Assembly (NCBI GenBank): GCA_965200245.1
Contig: CBDATS010000004.1
Coordinates: forward strand, 352,001 to 416,000
DNA: 64,000 bases
Direction of reading: 5' to 3'
From: a bacterium
GTDB taxonomy: Bacteria > UBA8248
The notes under the pieces were generated by a model that made no database searches, had not been told where the DNA came from, and saw nothing but the letters and a program-made list of their open reading frames with translations. The position numbers and the translations under genes were made by a program. This document shows, in pieces, positions 62,763 through 64,000 of the stretch; the stretch's first letter is position 1, and each line of letters starts with the position of its first letter.

Positions 62763-63764
62763 CTGAGAACCGTCACGTATTCATTCAACTTTACCTTGCC
62801 GATTACGAACTGGTGCGTAAACCATTGCGGCTACTGCAGTTTCCGCAGCAGCGTACCCACCCTGCTCTCGATGGAAGAGTGCGAACATCTTGCGAAGCAG
62901 GCCTGGGAGCAGGGCGTGGTCGAGGCACTCGTCATGACGGGCGAGGGCATCGACAGGCACAAGGGCCTCAGGAATGAATTGAAAGCCTGGGGGTATGAAT
63001 CCTATGCTGCCTATACGGCTTCGGTGTGCAAAATGTGCCTCGATATCGGCCTCCTGCCCCACGCCAACATCGGCACGCTGGAGGAGTGGGAATTCGAGAT
63101 TCTAAAGCCCTACAACGTTTCCATTGGCATGATGATGGAAACGGTAAGCCCGGAGGCCACGCGCATCGCTCACCGCTCGGCACCCACGAAAACGCCCGAA
63201 GTCCGACTCACCTCCCTGGAAGCAGCGGGCAAGCTTGGAATCGCGTTCACGACAGGAATACTCATCGGCATCGGAGAATCTCCTGAAGAGCGCATCGAGA
63301 CGCTGGAAGCCATCGCTGACTTGCACAGCCGCTACGGGCACATTCAGGAAATTATCCTGCAGCCCCTGAACCCTCAGCCCATGACACCCATGGCCAAGTG
63401 GATGCGTCCGCCGGATGCGGACATCGCGGTGCTGATCCCCGAGGTGCAAAGGCTCATGCCGGGCGTACACATACAGGTCCCGCCGAACCTAGTCGACGAT
63501 TTGCTCGGCCTCATCATGGCGGGGGCGGACGATATCGGCGGCATCGCGCCCGAACCCGATCATATCAACCCGAACCGTCACTGGCCTGTGCTCGGGAATC
63601 TCGACCAGTCTCTCCATCAGGAAGGCATCGCGCTGCGACTGCGGATGCCCGTGTATGATGAATTCATCGAGGCGGGCTGGTGTCCGCCCGAAACCATGCC
63701 CGCGCTGCGCCGGATGCTGGCGAGGCGCGAAGCGCAGGAAACCCTGCCCCTGGAGATCGTATGA
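62763..63764 (+). CDS. cofG: F0 synthase subunit CofG (radical SAM)
   Basis: VTYS...PITNWCVNHCGYCSF, LLPHANIG, FTTGILIGIGE, GHIQEII, IQVPPNL and DHINP...WP motifs; likely CTG start. Confidence 0.9.
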   Translation: MRTVTYSFNFTLPITNWCVNHCGYCSFRSSVPTLLSMEECEHLAKQAWEQGVVEALVMTGEGIDRHKGLRNELKAWGYESYAAYTASVCKMCLDIGLLPHANIGTLEEWEFEILKPYNVSIGMMMETVSPEATRIAHRSAPTKTPEVRLTSLEAAGKLGIAFTTGILIGIGESPEERIETLEAIADLHSRYGHIQEIILQPLNPQPMTPMAKWMRPPDADIAVLIPEVQRLMPGVHIQVPPNLVDDLLGLIMAGADDIGGIAPEPDHINPNRHWPVLGNLDQSLHQEGIALRLRMPVYDEFIEAGWCPPETMPALRRMLARREAQETLPLEIV

Positions 63765-64000
63765 ACGCCCTTTTTGCCCATGAAGTCCTCGACGCATTCG
63801 AGGCGGGAGAGGAAATATCGCGGGAAGGAGCAACCGCCCTGCTCACGGAAAAGGATGAGGGATTCACCGAGCGCCTTTATGAGACGGCGGACGCAGAGAG
63901 AAAACAGGCCGTCGGCGACGAGGTGAGTTACGTCATCAACGCGAACGTGAATTTCACGAACGTGTGCTATACGGATTGCAAGTATTGCGGCTTCTGGCGG
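63761..64000 (+). CDS. cofH: F0 synthase subunit CofH, 5' part (truncated by window end)
   Basis: ATGA overlap with cofG; VGDEVSYVINANVNFTNVCYTDCKYCGF. Confidence 0.85.
   Translation, partial: MNALFAHEVLDAFEAGEEISREGATALLTEKDEGFTERLYETADAERKQAVGDEVSYVINANVNFTNVCYTDCKYCGFWR

Overview
High-GC bacterial DNA from a diderm: it carries outer-membrane beta-barrels, Tat signals and an RND system. My unverified guess from gene content and small-ORF families is a Nitrospinota/Tectomicrobia-like, possibly sponge-associated heterotroph. The backbone holds housekeeping and catabolic genes: TPP riboswitch + thiC, hemE-hemH-hemY, glgX-glgB, aroE, tRNA-Cys, cofG-cofH (F0/F420), three luciferase-like monooxygenases, a carbohydrate-type ABC operon and many organic-acid lyases/hydrolases. 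It also has two envelope loci of unclear function: TMTC-like glycosyltransferase + FG-GAP protein + porin (3.5-9.4 kb) and DUF1302-DUF1329-YCF48-RND (22-29 kb). Two AT-richer patchwork regions (0-1.2 kb and 13.4-22 kb) hold IS ends and decayed defence/toxin-antitoxin genes: RelE pair, intact Fic, hsdS remnant, DUF6978-DUF1828 pair, MNT-HEPN, HicBA remnant and a duplicated HEPN fragment. Several genes are broken by single-base indels or one nonsense codon, which may be sequencing error. I saw no CRISPR array, rRNA or intact transposase/integrase. All family calls come from motif recognition by eye, not database searches.
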